Shown: one piece after another, positions 63,852-64,000 of the stretch
How positions within the stretch are numbered: position 1 is the first letter of the stretch
How the letters are laid out: every line of letters begins with the position of its first letter
Source: a virus
Strand: one strand, 5' to 3'
DNA length: 64,000 nucleotides
Virus record (IMG/VR): IMGVR_UViG_3300027864_001020
Location: 13,642-77,641 of that record
Position numbers and translations under genes: made by a program
Notes under the pieces: model-generated
Database searches by the model: none
What the model was told of the DNA's origin: nothing
The model's input: the letters and a program-made list of their open reading frames with translations, nothing else

Positions 63852-64000
63852 ATGTTCCTTCCTTTGGAGATTGTCAGAGTATCTCCGCTTCTCGTTTCGT
63901 TACCGTTTTTTACGGTTGTTTTTTGACATCTCTGTCGTGCAGTCAATCCACATCTTGCGGCTTCCTGCCTTGACCAGCGCAATACATCCTTTAAGGCTGT

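Noticed and set aside
174-63973. Numerous plus-strand ORFs in the track
   Set aside because: They are shadows of long minus-strand genes, with biased composition and no SD or motifs; only 928-1305 was kept
1-64000. Stop-codon reassignment (alternative genetic code)
   Set aside because: Long genes are intact under the standard code, TAG ends genes normally (98, 7667, 61617), and only one isolated in-frame TAA was seen

Overview
The window is a 64-kb slice of a tailed phage or prophage with a contractile tail. Nearly all genes are on the minus strand; no integrase, holin or baseplate genes fall inside it. Reading the minus strand from 64000 down to 1: (i) an early module (64000-36237) with SSB, a tRNA-like RNA, YqaJ exonuclease, an AAA ATPase, a DnaQ-like exonuclease, a RAMP/Cas7-like protein followed by two 5-nt-periodic repeat arrays, RecT, an HNH protein, a lytic transglycosylase, radical-SAM proteins, four tandem DNA methyltransferases, a NinI-like phosphatase, a DUF4373-type replication initiator, YopX, Lar-like and XRE proteins, and many small Cys-rich ORFs; (ii) a late module (36096-1306) with TerS, TerL, portal, a MuF/gp7-InPase fusion, a 1839-aa DarB-like methyltransferase-SNF2 helicase, a 2120-aa polyvalent protein (PBECR, LPD1, ParB-like), prohead protease, a phage K/SPO1-like major capsid, neck proteins, sheath, tube, chaperone and tape measure; (iii) an AT-rich moron cassette (1-1305) with two small-RNA-like units. 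The strongest candidate for an unusual system is 55084-55860: a RAMP-like gene followed directly by two arrays of 19 and 18 pentamers of form NGY-NN, whose variable dinucleotides look like codon positions 1-2. This suggests a non-CRISPR, gapped-code guide RNA system. Other notable items are a 135-nt tRNA-Leu-like RNA with an expanded anticodon region, antisense promoter-sRNA units in nuclease-domain genes, boxB-like attenuator leaders, face-to-face promoters at the early/late junction, a shared putative capsid-targeting motif, and an out-of-frame ORF nested in the C5 methyltransferase. All family assignments come from motif recognition by eye, not database searches. The host is unknown; signal-peptide style weakly suggests a diderm such as a spirochete.
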